The notes: generated from the letters alone by a model not told the origin. Shown: positions 24,781 to 39,299, counted from the stretch's first letter. The stretch is DNA of 64,000 nucleotides from Cycas panzhihuaensis (GCA_023213395.1 CM041465.1:136593741-136657740), one strand, 5' to 3'. Translations and numbers: made by a program.

Positions 24781-26299
24781 TGTTTTATAGAATTTTAGAG
24801 AATAATTTAAGTAATTTGGAAGAAACCTTAGAGTTACTTATGAATATCTAAAGAAATTCCTTTGAATACAATGCTTCTTCATGTTTTACACCTTGAGCTT
24901 TTTCATCTATAAACTCCTCACAAATTATGTAATAAGGTAGTTAAGTAAGAATTTTATTTCATAACCACTTGTATGTTTTGTAATATATGCATGCTAAATC
25001 GTTCACCTACTCTACATATGTACTTCATGAATCGACTTATGACTTAAGGTCTCAACATTTATTTAAAAGTTTACAAAGTATAAAGATATATAACAGGGGC
25101 CACATTTTATTTTCTTATTCCTTTTACACTTTACACTTTTTGTTGATCTTATATTCGAAACTCAAATGAAAAATAATAGAGTGTAGAGGTATATGATGGG
25201 ACCCACGTCTTAAGACACCTTAAGTTAGTTTAAAACTTTCCACTTCACATCTTTGGCCTTCACTTAGTTTTTAAACCTCATAAGTCAATGTGCAAGGTGC
25301 AAAGTATGGAACATCTTTATTTGTAACCTCATCCTTTCATATTTCGCATTTTGTAAATCAAGTGATCACTTTGATTCTTAGACTCCCAAGTGATTTCATA
25401 GATTATAAGGTAAAAGGTATTTTCCTTATGGAACTTAGTTGCTTTTTTTCTCCACCAAAATTTTCATTGCTTTATGAATTTACATTCTACACTTCATGAA
25501 TTTACTTATCACTTGTGACTTTCAAACTTGCAAATAGACTTATAAAGTCTAAGGTATATAGAGTGAACCATTATTCCATTTATGGACATAGCAATTTTTT
25601 ACTTTTTCTAACTCTATGATATCTATTTTATTCAATAGCAAGCATTTTACAATTCATATATTTTTGTTTCACTAGATATATATTAATATCATTAGCTCAT
25701 TTACAAGGTGTAAAATACGAGATAATTAGTACAATATGAAGGGCATTGCAATAATAAGGTAATTTTCTTCTCTACTATCTTATGAAAAAGGAGATTTTGG
25801 AGGAGACTATGGGATGAAGGTGATCAGCGTGAGCAATCTAGTTAGGGTTTGGAGCTTCCATTTCAGTGCGAGGAAGTTCATTATGGGGCTGGTACAGTCG
25901 GGACAAAAAAGAGGGGACACCCATGAGATGGGGATGTGACGATAGCCAATCTCAAGAGAATGGTTGGTTCGTAAACTGTCAAGCAGTGACTCAAATATTA
26001 TGGAGAGATGGAGGTCGGTAGAGTAGATGTAGTTATCCTTCATCCTAAGGTCCTTGTTTAGGCCCTCTCTTAGCAGCGAGGGACAAGATCTACAACACCA
26101 AGATGTAAAGGAAGGTCTAGATTGAGGAGAAACCCCAAGAGAAATATGAGGGCAGAGAGGGCTACCCCGAAGAGGAGTTTCTGATTAGTCTTAAAGCTAT
26201 ACGTGGGGCATTATTATGCCAGGTAAGTAATATGCCAGTTCTATTTATTTTTGGTTTAATGTCTTGACCAACAAATGTTATATTATTAAATGAGAGAAA

Positions 26300-27595
26300 C
26301 CCATTCAATAAATCAAACTCAGACTTCCCCTCTTAGGAAGAACCTAACAAGATGCTTTGAAAAAAGGAGAGGAAGACATGCATGAGATTAACACAATTTT
26401 CCAGGACAACCTAATTAAAATACATGTTCTAAAATAACTAACTAATAAGACAGAGAAATATTGGGAGAATATCCTAGTAGGCAGGTTCTCGAGGCCCATA
26501 ACTAGGCTTGATATTATCATACAGTGGTTGGGGATCAAATGGAGAACAAAGAACTCGGTAGAGGTTATGGCCATGATGAAAGGGTGCATCTTATTTAGGT
26601 TTTCCAACCAAGAAGGTATGATAGGCATCTTGCTAAAATCTCCTTGGATGCTTGGTCGAAAGGCAGTTACTTTGGAAAAGTGGCATCCAGATTTTCACCC
26701 ATCGGTACTAATAGTGAAGTAGGCTCTGATATGGGTCTAGATTCCAAGATTACCCTTGTAATTCTAGAATTTGGAAGTAATTAAAGGAGTGGAGAGAGCA
26801 ATAGGACCCTTACTGGCTACTGACTTAATAACAAAGAGTAGAACCCATCTAATAAATGCCAGATTTTATGACTTGGCAAGATTGGATAAAGGCCTCTTAG
26901 GCCAAGTGAGGATTAAATCTGAAGGGTGGAATATTAACTAGAAGCTAGCATATGAGTTGGACAATTTTAGATGTTCTAGGTACAAAGGTATGGGGCACCT
27001 TCCACTAAATTACCTAAGGGACTTGAAAAAGGTGGAGGCAGAAGAGAATGAGCACCCGAGTAATGTTCCTAAGCACCTATAAGAGGAAGTAGGGGTGCCA
27101 GTGACCTAGGGGACCAGAGAGGAAGGCACTCCCCTGGAAGAGCTGTGTAAGGAGGGAGTAACCATTACCTGGGAAGAAGAGGACATACTCTCTAAGGAAG
27201 GCAAGGAGAAGGACTGGCCTAAGACTCATGAGGTTAGGCTCATGGAGACGAGGGAGGGGCACCAGATCAGAAACAAAGGTCAAGAGCATCCTAAGGTAGT
27301 CCTTCCAATGAGAGAAGGGCAAGAAGGATCATTCACTACAAAACGCATGTGGATAGAAAAGGGGAAAGGGTCATAGGAGGCACCAGCGAGTCAAAGAAAA
27401 GGATTGGACCTGGGGAGTGATAGGAGGGTCAACAGACCTTCTAAAAAAGTGGTCCATGAAAGGGAGACTACTTCCCAAATTGACCAAGGGTATTAGAGAA
27501 CCCTAAAGGAAGGGGTAATTAAAGGACCATTTTTTAGGAGCAAGAGATAACCCTCAGAAGTAGGGGCATGGGGGGGGGTCTATAGAAGGATATGA
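26300..27595 (+). pseudogene. LINE-A ORF1 (DUF4283-type)
   Basis: SVEVMAMMKGCILFRFS...SPWMLGRKAVTLEKWHPDFHPS, homologous to ORF1 at 53370-54778. Confidence 0.85.
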
Positions 27596-30500
27596 GGTTT
27601 ATATCCTAGAATATCAGGGGCCTAAATGCCCCCTCAAAGTAAAGAATTATTAAAGTCTTGAGAGCCAGACTAGGAGGGGATATTATACTACTTCAAGAGA
27701 CCAAATTAGAAAGGGATAAAGGGGTAGAGGTGAAAAACAAGATTTGGAGGAAAGGGGAGATGATGGTGAAAGAAGGATCTCTAGGTTCTGGAGGCATGAT
27801 AATTTTCTGGAATCCAAACATTTAGAATAAGATAGGGGTGATATAGGAAGAACACTTCATGACGGTATGCCTTACATGCTTAAGGACAAATGTGCAATGG
27901 CTCGCCACTAATATATATGCTCCAACAATGATGGAAGGCAAAAAGATGTTATGGGATAGGATCATGGAAACTCATAAAGACTAGAAAGGCCCCTAGCTAG
28001 TTGTGGGGGACCTAAATATGGCCATATCCCTAGGAGAAAAGAGAGGGGGCCAAGAGGGTTGGTCAAGAAGTATGACTAATTTAGGCAACTTCCTACAAAG
28101 GGGTGGTTTGATGGATATCCCCTTGAGAGAGGTTAAGTACACTTGGTCGAATAGAAGAATTAGAGATAACAATATTCAAATAAGGCTCGATAGAGTGATG
28201 ATCAATTATGAGTGGGCCAGGCTCTATGACGACATCAAATTAGAAGCCCTTCCAAAGGTGGCATCTAACCACTCACTACTGTTGCTTGAGTTTAAACCTA
28301 TAGAAAAACACCATGGGGCACCATTTTAATTTGAACTCATGTCGATTAAACACCCAGATCTTAGGGATCGAATTAAGGAATGATGGAGTATCCTGGTTTA
28401 GGGGTATGATATGTTTAGATTCTCAAAGAAGCTGAACTGGGTCAAAAGACAATTGAAAGCTTGGAATAAAGAGGTCTTTGGAAATATTTTCGAATAAAAA
28501 AATTGGTTTCTTAGGGACCTAAAGGAAATTGAGGGAATAATTTAAGAGGAAGGCAGATCCCTCTCACTAGATTAAAAGGAGCGAACAATTATCAAGAACC
28601 TAGAAGAGGCCTTAGTGAAGGAGGAAATCCATTGAAAGTAGAAGTCAAGGGCTCTCTAATTGGTAGAGGGGGATAGAAACACAAAGTTCTTCCATATGAC
28701 AACATTGAAACATAGGTCTTACAACAGAATAAATAAGTTAAGAAATAATGGAGGATAAGAGGTGAAGCTAGAAGATGATATCAAAGGCATAGCAATGGAC
28801 TACTTTAAGAATCCTTTTGAGGAACCTAGATGCCATGACCCAAATCTGAGAAGGGAGTTGATGGGATTTATTCCTAAGCTAATCAAAGATAATCAAAATA
28901 TATGGTTGAAGGAACCTTTCTCAATGGAGGAAGTGGAGAAGGCCCTTTTCAACATGGGGCGGGATAAGGCCCCCAGTCCAGATAGTTTTCCCTCAAGTTT
29001 TTTTTAAGAATTGTGGGACATAATTAGGGAAGACTGAAAAATGGCCTTGGACATATTCTACAATAAGATAATAATTCTCAAGGAATGGTAGGCTAACTTT
29101 CTAGTGTTGACCCCTAAGAAAGAAGGGGTGAAAGTCATGGAAGAGTATAGATTAATAAGTCTCTGCAATGTTAAATATAAAATTTTAGCGAAGTTGTTAG
29201 CCTATAAACTCAATAAATGCCTATCGCTTATTATATACCCAAATCATGATAGATTCATGAAAGGTAGACAAATTCGCGATGGCATCATCATGGTCCATGA
29301 GACAATCCACTTGGTTAATCAAAAGAAAGAAGCTAGTATGATAGTGAAAACTGATATGTCTAAAGCCTACAACAGACTAGCTTGGGATTGCCTAATAGAC
29401 TGTCTTTAGGCATTTGGGTTTGATAAGGTTTGGAGGGAATGGATGGTAAGCTGCATATCCAAACCTTTATACTCAGTCCCGATAAATAACACCTTGACAC
29501 CCTTCTTTCCTAGTTTTAGAGGATTAAGACAAGGAGATCTATTATACCCCTACTTGTTTATCATTATGGCAAAAATTCTAGGGAGAGCTATGGAGGAGGC
29601 CAAGTGAAAAGGATGGGTCTTGGGACTGAAGCCTACATCTAGCATAGATAATATTATCCATTACTAATTTATTGACGATAATATTTTCTTAGGAAAGGCT
29701 ATTATGGGGGAAGCTAGGGCCTTCAAGGATGGACTACTATCTTATAAAAGAGCTACAAATCAAAAAATAAACTTGGAAAAAAGCTCTGTCTTTTTTATAA
29801 ATACTCATGAGAGACTGCAAAGGAGGATTCGTAGGGAATTAGGGATCCTTATTAGGCCTCTCCCATCTACATACTTAGGGATGCCTCTATTTGTTGGGAA
29901 TATGTGTGGGGTGCTTTGGAATCCCATTGTGGATAGGATACAAAGGAAGTTAGCGAGGTGGAAAGGAACTCTCCTTAGTCAAGTTGGGAAGATACAGCTG
30001 GTGGTTGCCTCCTTGCAGAGTATCCCAGTGTATATGATGTTTATTTTCAGGGTTTTGAACAGAGTCCTATCGATCCTAGAAGGCATTCAGAAAAGATTCC
30101 TTTGGTTAAGAATTGAGCAAAAGGATAGAATCCACTTGGTAGCATGGGACAAAGTCTGCATTCCTAGATGGGTGGGAGGTCTTAATATGAGAAGGTCAGC
30201 CTCTTTCAATAGAGCCCTAGTGGAAAAGTTGGGTTGGAGATTAGAGAAGGACCCATAAGATAAATGGGACAATATCATCTCCAACAAATACCTTAGGGGT
30301 AATCACTTCCTGAAAGATGGGGTAGGGGAGGCTTATAGGTCCCCAATATGGAGGAGTTTAGTTCAATCTAGACCTATCCTAATATTTAGCATGACATGGA
30401 AGTTGGGAAATGGGGAACGTATAAGATTTTTGGAGGATAAATGGTGCAAAATTTACCTTTTAAAAGGTAGTCCTAGTTTTGGAGATTTGTAGGAAGCCTA

Positions 30501-31802
30501 TGAAGAGAACTATGGCACAAAGATCAACGATTATGGGGAGGGTCAAGGTAGGGATAGAGCATAGAGATCCTTCAAGGAGCTTGAAGGGACCCAAGGTAAG
30601 GGGGGGAAATATTTTGATACTAGAAAAAGAGATTGATCAACATTATATCCCGAAAAGTCCTAAGGCATACATGATTATATGGGCTAACTCCCCATCGGGG
30701 GAGTATGTAGTCAAACAAGGTTATTTAGCCATATGTTCAGAGGTGGGTTTGGAAAAGAACCTCCTGTTGGCTGGTGTGTAGAAGTTGGGTCTTATCCCAT
30801 AGGTGGTGACTTTTTGGTGGCTATCCCTGAAGAACAAAACCATGACTATGGATAACCTTCATAGGCATAGGTTTACCATGCCAAATAGATGTGTGTTATG
30901 TAAAAAGGATGAGGAGACTTTGGACCATATCAGCATTCATTGTTCCCTCTCTAGAAGAATTTGATCCTATGTTTAGTCCAATCTTGGGATCTCATGGGTG
31001 AACCCAAGAACCCTTGAAGATCTTTAGAGGTCATGGAAATCTCCCTTTAGGAGTAAGACTTTGGGCTTACTTTGAAAAATTATCACGCCAATGGTGGTTT
31101 GGAACATCTGGAAGGAAAGAAATAAAAGGATATTCCAAGCGAAAGAGTTGGATGAGATTAGGATCTATGAGATGTTTCATTTGGCGACTGTGGAGTTAGT
31201 CGAAACTTTAGATGAGAAAGGTATTTCAAAAAGGGAGGGCAGGATCATTAATGGATGGGGGAATAAAAAGACCAAATATTATTGGAACAAGGAGAAGGAG
31301 ATGTTTGTGGTGGCCGCCTATAAATAACTAGGTTTAAATCAATTTTGATGGGATGTCCAAAGGAAATCCTGGTGAGGCAGGTAGAGGAGAATTATGTAGA
31401 TACCCAGATGGTAGAGTAAGGTGGGCCTTCACGGAATATTATGGTCAACAGACAAACCACAAGGTTGAGTTAAAGGCGATGTAGAGAGTAATGTTTATGG
31501 CTGAGGAGAATGACCTAGATAGGGTGGAGATTAAAGGAGATTCGTTGAATATGGTCAAGATCCTAAGAGGAGATAGCGAGGCAGATTGACAAAATGAGGA
31601 TATGATGAAGGATGCTCAATAGGGTATTAAGGCTGAAGGAGTGCTTTCAAATAGGCCATACGTATAGAGAGGGTAAGTTGCAGCTGATTGGTTGGCCAAT
31701 TGGGCAGTTTTGAACAAGTGCATGAGGATATGGAAGGAGGACTTCCTGAAGGATTTTCTAAGTCTGGTCAAATTGGATGTGTTAACTCATGAGGGGGCAT
31801 AA
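27592..31802 (+). pseudogene. LINE-A ORF2 (APE endonuclease, RT, zf-RVT, RNase H)
   Basis: MRFIS*NIRGLN start; GDLN, YTWSN...RLDRV...SNH; KAPSPDSF; YRLISLCNVKYKI; FIDD; C-terminal INFDG.SKGNPGEAG. Confidence 0.92.
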
Positions 31803-32199
31803 GCTAGCCATTAGGCTTGTCATGGCATTTAGGGTTAGTGTGGGTAGGATGTCTTGAGATTAGCTAGGCCATGGGCTTGTCATGGCTCTCTTGTTGTAGC
31901 CTGAAGGCAGATCTTGTAAAAGGTTTAGGGCCCTTATAAAACCCCTTCTATCTTTTACCAAATCAAAAAAAAAAAACATCTCTTATGAAAAAGGAAAGTA
32001 ATATAGCCTTATAATATATGTCATTTAACCTTTTGACATTAAGTTTATAGCTTTATTATATCTTTGAACATATAAAATGTATAAAATTTGTATACTTCAA
32101 TTCAAAACCTCCTTACTGCCATGACTAAACCTAAGAGTTCAAAAACTAAATCAAAACTTCTAACTTCTAAAATTTATAATACCTATACAAGGGTAACAA

Positions 32200-34909
32200 T
32201 TTGCCTCCTTATTCTAAGTAGCCTTTAACAGGTTACTCAAGAACATTATTTTGAGTAATTCCATTTATTTAAAATAAAGGAAAATGGACCACTATGTGCA
32301 ATAATAGTATACATCGAATAATACTTCAAGGATATAAGAGTTTAAGAAATTATCCATTGGCTAGAATAGATAATATTTCTTCTTCTTTGGTCAAGACCTT
32401 GATCTTTAGACTTTTACCTAAAAGTTTTGAGATATGCTTGATGAAATTACATGTTAAATTATACCAAGATTGAAAACCTTAAATTCTTTATATTTACATG
32501 CAAATACATCTTCAAATTCTCTTAGAATCTTGTTAGTTTTTAGCAAGGCAATTTTTTCATTGGGCTTCATCTTAGACTTACCATCTAAAACCTCTTTAGT
32601 TATTAACTATATATCTATAGATTCTTTTATTCCTTGAAAAAATATAAGACCTACTCATCATTTTCAAACACCTAGTGGTGTTAAACATTGTCTAAAATGG
32701 AAGATCTTATAATAACTTCAACCATATATTGTCTCTAATTTAAATTACTCTTAGATGAAGAAGCTGTCACTATTAGAGAATTAGCAAACTAATTATCTTC
32801 CTTATAAATATGCTTAATTGAAAAAAAATCACGAAAATTATTGATAAAATCCTATACTCTTTGATAATAATATTTCATCCTTTGACTCTTTATTACACAA
32901 AGTTTTCTAATTTAATACAGCACAAGTTTAGAATCTCCCAACACTTGTAAGAGTTTTATCTCCATAGTTATTTCCTTTTAAATCCTTGATACTAAGGCTT
33001 CATACTTCATGCTATTTATTACTGCAAATGAAGACTAATTTGAAAGAAAATAGCCATGATTGACTATTTCGAGACCATAAGATAATACTTACTCCAACTT
33101 CACCCCTAGATTTGTCTCCATCAAAGAATAAAGTCCAAACTTTGCTTTGTTTTTCTTGTTCAAGTAGGTATTCTTCCTCTTTCACCATGGGTAGTTGATC
33201 TTCAATTCCTATAAGAACTATATAAATTCCTAACCCTCTTAGATCAAAAGAACATCCAAAGATTATATCATTTTTAGTTTGAACATGCATGGCAAATCTT
33301 TCTTCCCTTAGTAGAATAATCACATATTTTCATGTAGGAATAGCACTATTGCCTATTCTAATATTAGGCATGGCTCTAGCCTCATAAGCCCAATCTCATC
33401 CTAATAACTTTCCATATATAAGTGGTATATCAATCACCATGGTTGAGATCATAGCAATAATTTTTGGATAAGTTGTCAAATTAACTAGCAAGTACTTTAT
33501 CTCTTCTACTATGGATGCACTTTTGAAATATACAGATCTTACTGGCTACTCTACTTTAGTGTGTTCCAACCCCAAGGCCTTAATAACTATAATAGCCATC
33601 ATATTATATGTTGCTTCTATATCCATAATATAGTTATGCAAAATAATTCCATCAATGAATATTTAAAGAGACACAGAAGGGAGAATTTTAAGACTTAATG
33701 GGTAAAACTAATGCTTTAACTACCTCAGCTTTGGTCATTGCTTTTAAAAATTAGTGATCATTCTATAACTCTTTCATAAATCTCTCTTCTTCTTTAGGGA
33801 GTCTTATGACCTTATATAAATTTAGCCTAGTAGGGTACCCTAAAAGATTCTTAATAATATCATAATTTTTAGTTAGCCTATTGATTAGGTGATTTATGTT
33901 TTTAAGCATAGGTTATGCTCTTAAATTCAAGGGTATTTTTTAAGGAACAACCATTCTTTATGAATTTAGAGTTGCCTTAATAGTAGATAAAATGAGATTT
34001 TATTCAATAATACCTTGGCTTCCTTACTTAGTTCTTGGGCCCTTCTTATAATAGTCATAGTAATTGTACTTGGATCCATTCCTTCTTCATTAATAAAGGA
34101 AGTTATAGCTACATTATAATAAGCAAATTTTAAAGTAGATGTTTCTTTTAATCTTCATATTCTACTAACTCATTAAATCAAACAATGTAAGATCAAATTC
34201 TAGTTCATTGTTTATACCCTTGGCTTTTTTTTTACAATATTATACTTTACTTTTTATTCTTTTGATTAGATCTTGGGTTTGAGGATCAGGATATATAGTA
34301 GGAACAATAATAATAATAATAGCATGATTTTCCCATACCATATATGATCCTACTTTCCCATATTTATTCTAAATTTATTTCATTCCTTGAGCTTTCCATT
34401 TTGCATCATCAATTGAAACATGGTCCTTATAAGCTACCATAAGTCTCATTTCATTGTGTAGTCCCTCAAGGAACCATTATAATTGTACTTTAGGAATTAG
34501 TCTACTATCTTGAGGAATCATCTTCAAATTTTCATTAAATCTCTCCACATAACTTGTTATAATTTTTGTTGCTCGTTTTCTAATTATAAACAATTCTTTT
34601 ATTAAGGTTACTATAGTTTTTTTACTAGTATACTTTAGCTTAAAGGCATCTGTCATGGTGTCCTAATATGTAATCGAGGCATTTTTGCTTTTCCCTCTAA
34701 ATAATGAAAAGTAAAGTAAAGAGCTACATCAATTTTTATAATATTAAACTTTCCATATAAAGTAGAAAAGTCTTCAAAGTGTTTCTCTACTATTTGTATT
34801 TGATATTCTTAGAACTTAGGACAAAAAAACTTCATTTAAATACCTTTGTAAGAACAAAGGATTACGAGTAATCCATGTTAAAATATAATGACTCCTCCAT
34901 GTACTCTTT
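32200..34909 (-). mobile_element. Tat-clade Gypsy gag-PR-aRH remnant (TatIII-like domain order); RT, RH and INT not recognisable
   Basis: Gag about 34900-34380 (SYVERFN...WFLEGLHNEMR); protease about 33700-33350 (LHNYIMDIEATYNMM...VIDIPLIYGKLLG*DW); archaeal-type RNase H 33150-32760 (VWTLFFDGDKSRGEVGV...GDSKLV); then the pre-RT motif EEFEDVFA. Confidence 0.8.
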
Positions 34910-35391
34910 TGTAAAGTTAGTCACTTTACTCAAATAAAGTGCAATTATAACTCAAGTTATGACTTAATGTTGCAATTCCTAGTTGATGGTCAACACCCCA
35001 CTTTAAGCATTATAATTATCCGATAAGACTTGTATAATATGAGGTCTAATTAGGTGAAAGTATGCAAGGTTCAATCCACATCCACCTATTGTAAAGTGAT
35101 AGACATCAAGCACCCTATAAATTAAGGCCATGTTTACACTCATGTGATAGAGGAAGAAGGGTTTTAGTGAGAGTCAAAACTTTGCCAAAATTTTATATTA
35201 GTCATTAATCAATTTGATCTATTTATTATTATAGATTAAATCTAATTTCTAATTCTCCTTTCATACTTTGTGTTCATTTAATATGTGCTTGATATGTTTT
35301 GTATATTAATGAATTTATTACATGCTAGTTAAGAGAATAAAGATCCTATTAAGGTTATTTTTCATTAGTTAGATTAATTCTAGCTTTATCA
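34910..35391 (+). repeat. Candidate 5' LTR of the host Copia element
   Basis: TG at 34910 where Tat gag breaks off; TATAAAT inside; ends TTTATCA followed by TAGTATTATAGT, a possible decayed iMet PBS. Confidence 0.5.
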
Positions 35392-38066
35392 TTTAGTATT
35401 ATAGTCTATTTCTCTTGCTTTCTCCAGTAAACACTCATCTTAAAAGTAAGTATCGAGTTAACCAAATTTGTTATTAGTTGAAGAAGACCATGCCATATCA
35501 TCATAAAAATAGAGTTTGTTTTATTCTAAATATATGCAAGTGATCCTATTTAAGGTTGTTTATCTTCATTTATATCTGTTTATGTGTTGGAGTCAACTAT
35601 CTATAGTAGCCCTTATATATTGGCCTACTGTACTATTCTTAGTTGTGTGTGTGGTTGTGTAGTAGCTCTAACAACTTTGACCCTATTCTATAGTTGAAGC
35701 AATTGATGCCCCTATTTTGTTACTTGATCTACATTTGTGAGAGTTGTGCCCTACCTTCTTATTATCATGATTGTTGATAGTGCCATTGTACTGAAGCTCT
35801 TGAATAACATGTGACCTCCTCCATTCGTGAACTCTACCATTGAAGAATCGTTGCCAGAGGTAGGATGTCACCCTTGCATTATCTACGTGAAGAAGTAAAG
35901 CTCATAATTTCCTATTAATCAATTTCCATGATGAACTCTATCTTGCATTATATGATAGTGGAATATATTGTTGTTACATAAAGGAATCCATTATTGCAAC
36001 CTCTATGCCATCAAAAAACCCAACCTCTATATGAATCTACCTCAAACACTCTCGTCGACAATTATATCACTTATGGGGGTTTCCAATAGCTCATCCTTAC
36101 ATTCCTCAGGCTCATCCAAGCAATTTTGAGTAAGATTTCAATCGATATTAATGTGTTTTGCAAATATTTGTCACCCACCATTGATCAGTTATATAAGTTT
36201 CATATATCTATATATATCTATATAGATATATATAGATATATATATTATAATGTTATTTCTACATTAAATCTAATTGGAATGTGATATATTACCAAGCGTT
36301 CACTCATCAAAGGGGCTAAAGCCTATTCATTTATAAGAAGCTACCTACACGATTTTTGTGATATATTTGTAACTAGATATCTATTTTTTGAGTTGTGTGA
36401 ACTGTCAAAATCTTGACTTAAAGTGCTTTAATTTAGACTATGATTTAAGGTGTATTTCTTATTCAAGGAAGGCCTATTTTTCACCTTTTAATAATGGCCC
36501 CTTCCTTATTAAGCACTTTGTACCCTTTTTTTATTTATTCAATTTTACTACTTTAAGTTGTCTCCATTATCAAATTCATTAAAGGAAACCACTTAAAAGG
36601 AATTTAAACTTGAAAGATAAAGTAAGACAACTTTGAATTGAATCGCAAGACTACCAATTATATAAGAGAAATAGTTAGGACCCCTAAAGTAATCACTCTC
36701 ACGTATGTGAGTTATATTTATCTAGATAAATAGGCTAGAGAACAACTTATTATTAGGTGTATCAGGTGATAGATTGAGGCATGAAACCCATTCCTTTTGG
36801 TATTTGAAGACTAGGCTAGACTTGAAGGGAGTGAGTACCTTAGTTTTAGTCCTTCGCTAGATCTGTCGTTTGGGATAAATATGGTGTAAGTAAATTTATA
36901 GTATTAGGGGGGCAATTAAGCCTTTTACACTCATGTATCAAGGTATATTGAGCTTAACTTGCTCATGTATTGATGTATATAGAGTCCCTAAACTACCATC
37001 TATGGGTAAATACCATTAGATAGAATAGTAACCAAGGCCTTCTTAGAGATATTGAAACTTAGCATTCTAGTTTAGTATCCCACTAGGTAGAAAATATACA
37101 ATGGTAGTAAAAATATTTATTTTAAACATAATTAAACTATTTTGGAGTAATAACTTATTGGCTTGGAAGAAACAAGTTAAACACCTTTTGATTATGAATG
37201 AGTTTTAGGCCTATATCTCAGGTGACATACCTAAACCTACTTCCTCACCTCACTTAATCAATCCGAACAACATGATCCCTTCAAACCTTATTATCCTTAC
37301 TGCTTTTAGATCCAAAGATAATCTTATTATATCCTTCATATACTTAGTTGTAGAGGATAATATAGACTAAAATATTAAAATAGTAGACACATCTCATGAG
37401 ACGTGGGACATCATATATTCACTTTATGAGTGGAAAGTTGGCTCAAGAGCAATCATGCTAAAATCACACTTGTATTTCATACCTTTTGCTAGCTCTATTC
37501 CTTTATATATGATTAAAGTTAAAGTCATCATAAACTAACTTACCAATCTTAGAGCTCCTTCTTCCTAAATAACCTTGTTTCCAATGTTATTAATGTCCTC
37601 CCTACCATGTACAATAACTTCATATCATGTTTATTAAATGACTTTACTACCATAGACTTTAATACCCTAGAAAGACTGTTGTTGAAGGAAAAATATATCT
37701 TAAACTAATAAGGAACAATATCTTCTTTTAATACTACTCCCATATTTATAACTAGAAACTGAGAGAGGAAACATCCTTTTCAATAGCCTCTTGCCTAATA
37801 GTTTAGCTCTTTGAACTTGAATCAACCACCACAGCAGACCAAAAACTAGTAGAAAAAATAAAATGTGACCTACCTCTACTATAGAAAAATTGGGCATGTT
37901 ATCACTAATTACAAAAAGATATAATTTGATTTGTGACTTTTACAGACAAACCTTGGACAATAAGGAGTCCAGAATCAAGGTCAAAACCAATGCCATAATA
38001 ACAAATGTTGTCAATAAAATAAGTAATAGCAGAACCAAAATCAACCAAAGAATTAGAATCAGGACT

Positions 38067-38687
38067 TGTGTGCCTTGCTTTACCTCTACTTAAGGATTAT
38101 AATAGTAATTATATAAAACAAGCATAAGTAACACTAAAATTGATGCAAAACATGATATCATTGGAAAAAGGGAATTGTGTCTTATCCTCTCACAACCAGA
38201 TACAAACTTGAATAATACATAAAAATTATAGTCATGGCATCATGCCTGCTATAATAAGAAAAACTATGCACTCACTCATATCCTATTTACTAAACCAACA
38301 CCTTTTTCATATAATAAAAAATAAGTAGTTTAACCATTATTCATTACATATTGAATGGTATTATAGTTTTATACAAAACAACTTTAGTTATGGATAAAAC
38401 AGTTAGTTCTATGTAATTGCATCAAATTGTGAACTAGTTATGATTGTAACATCAATTATGATCTGATTATAATTGTCACTCTAATTGTGACCTAGTTGCA
38501 ACTATTACTCTAACTGTAACTCCAGTTGTGACTTAGTCATGACTATTATCTCAATTGTGACCTGGTCGTAACTATTACCTTAACTGCAATCTAGTCATGA
38601 CTATGGTAATAATTATAACTTGGTCATAATCATAACTATGACTCAATCAGACCTAAAAATATGTATGTGCAACTTTACCTGCACACA
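38067..38687 (-). repeat. 3' LTR (621 bp) with an internal tandem array
   Basis: Diverged direct repeat of 46551-47243. Confidence 0.9.
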
Positions 38688-39299
38688 TCTCTCCCAACAT
38701 AAATCCAACAAATGCCCTCACTTATTTTTAAATTTAAAAAATTTTTACTCCAACTCTTTCCCTCTAAAATTTGTAAACTATAGTTGTTGTGCTTCTTCCC
38801 TTTCCTTATGTAATTTATTCATTAATTACCACATATATACGAGATTTAGCCATGTAATAATAGGTGGTTGACATCAAATAAGATGTCAACATCATATAGG
38901 GTATCTAACTACGCCAAAGTGGGTTTCTCTCTAGAATGCAAATGTTTAATTTCTTCTGTGAGTTCACTATTCATCTATTAAACCATGCACAAATCATAAC
39001 ATAGGTAATAAATTTTACTCCAGAATTTATTGGCATGCTTAGCTTCCTCTTATTTTTTAAGAACCCAAGCCCCTTATTTATATATGACTTCATGCAACTT
39101 AGGGAGGATGTCCTATTTAAAGTTGGTATTAAATGCCTACATCTAGTGATTCACAACATCTATATCTCTTACCTAATCCATAATAAATTTCCTTAGAAAC
39201 TCTACATGGGCTACAATAGTGGCCAATTTCTCCTCCAACTTTTGTATCCTCTACATGTCAAGTGGAGGTCTCCTAGTCCTTTGCTCCAATTTAGTTACT

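Larger units (their letters stand above)
25793..31976 (+). mobile_element. Full-length or near full-length L1-clade LINE with RNase H, heavily decayed (LINE-A)
   Basis: TSD TCTTATGAAAAAGGA (25778-25792 / 31981-31995); poly(A) at 31965-31976; ORF1 and ORF2 remnants. Confidence 0.93.

Noticed and set aside
38420-38645. CRISPR-like repeat array
   Set aside because: Contiguous degenerate tandem units without unique spacers, inside a plant LTR.
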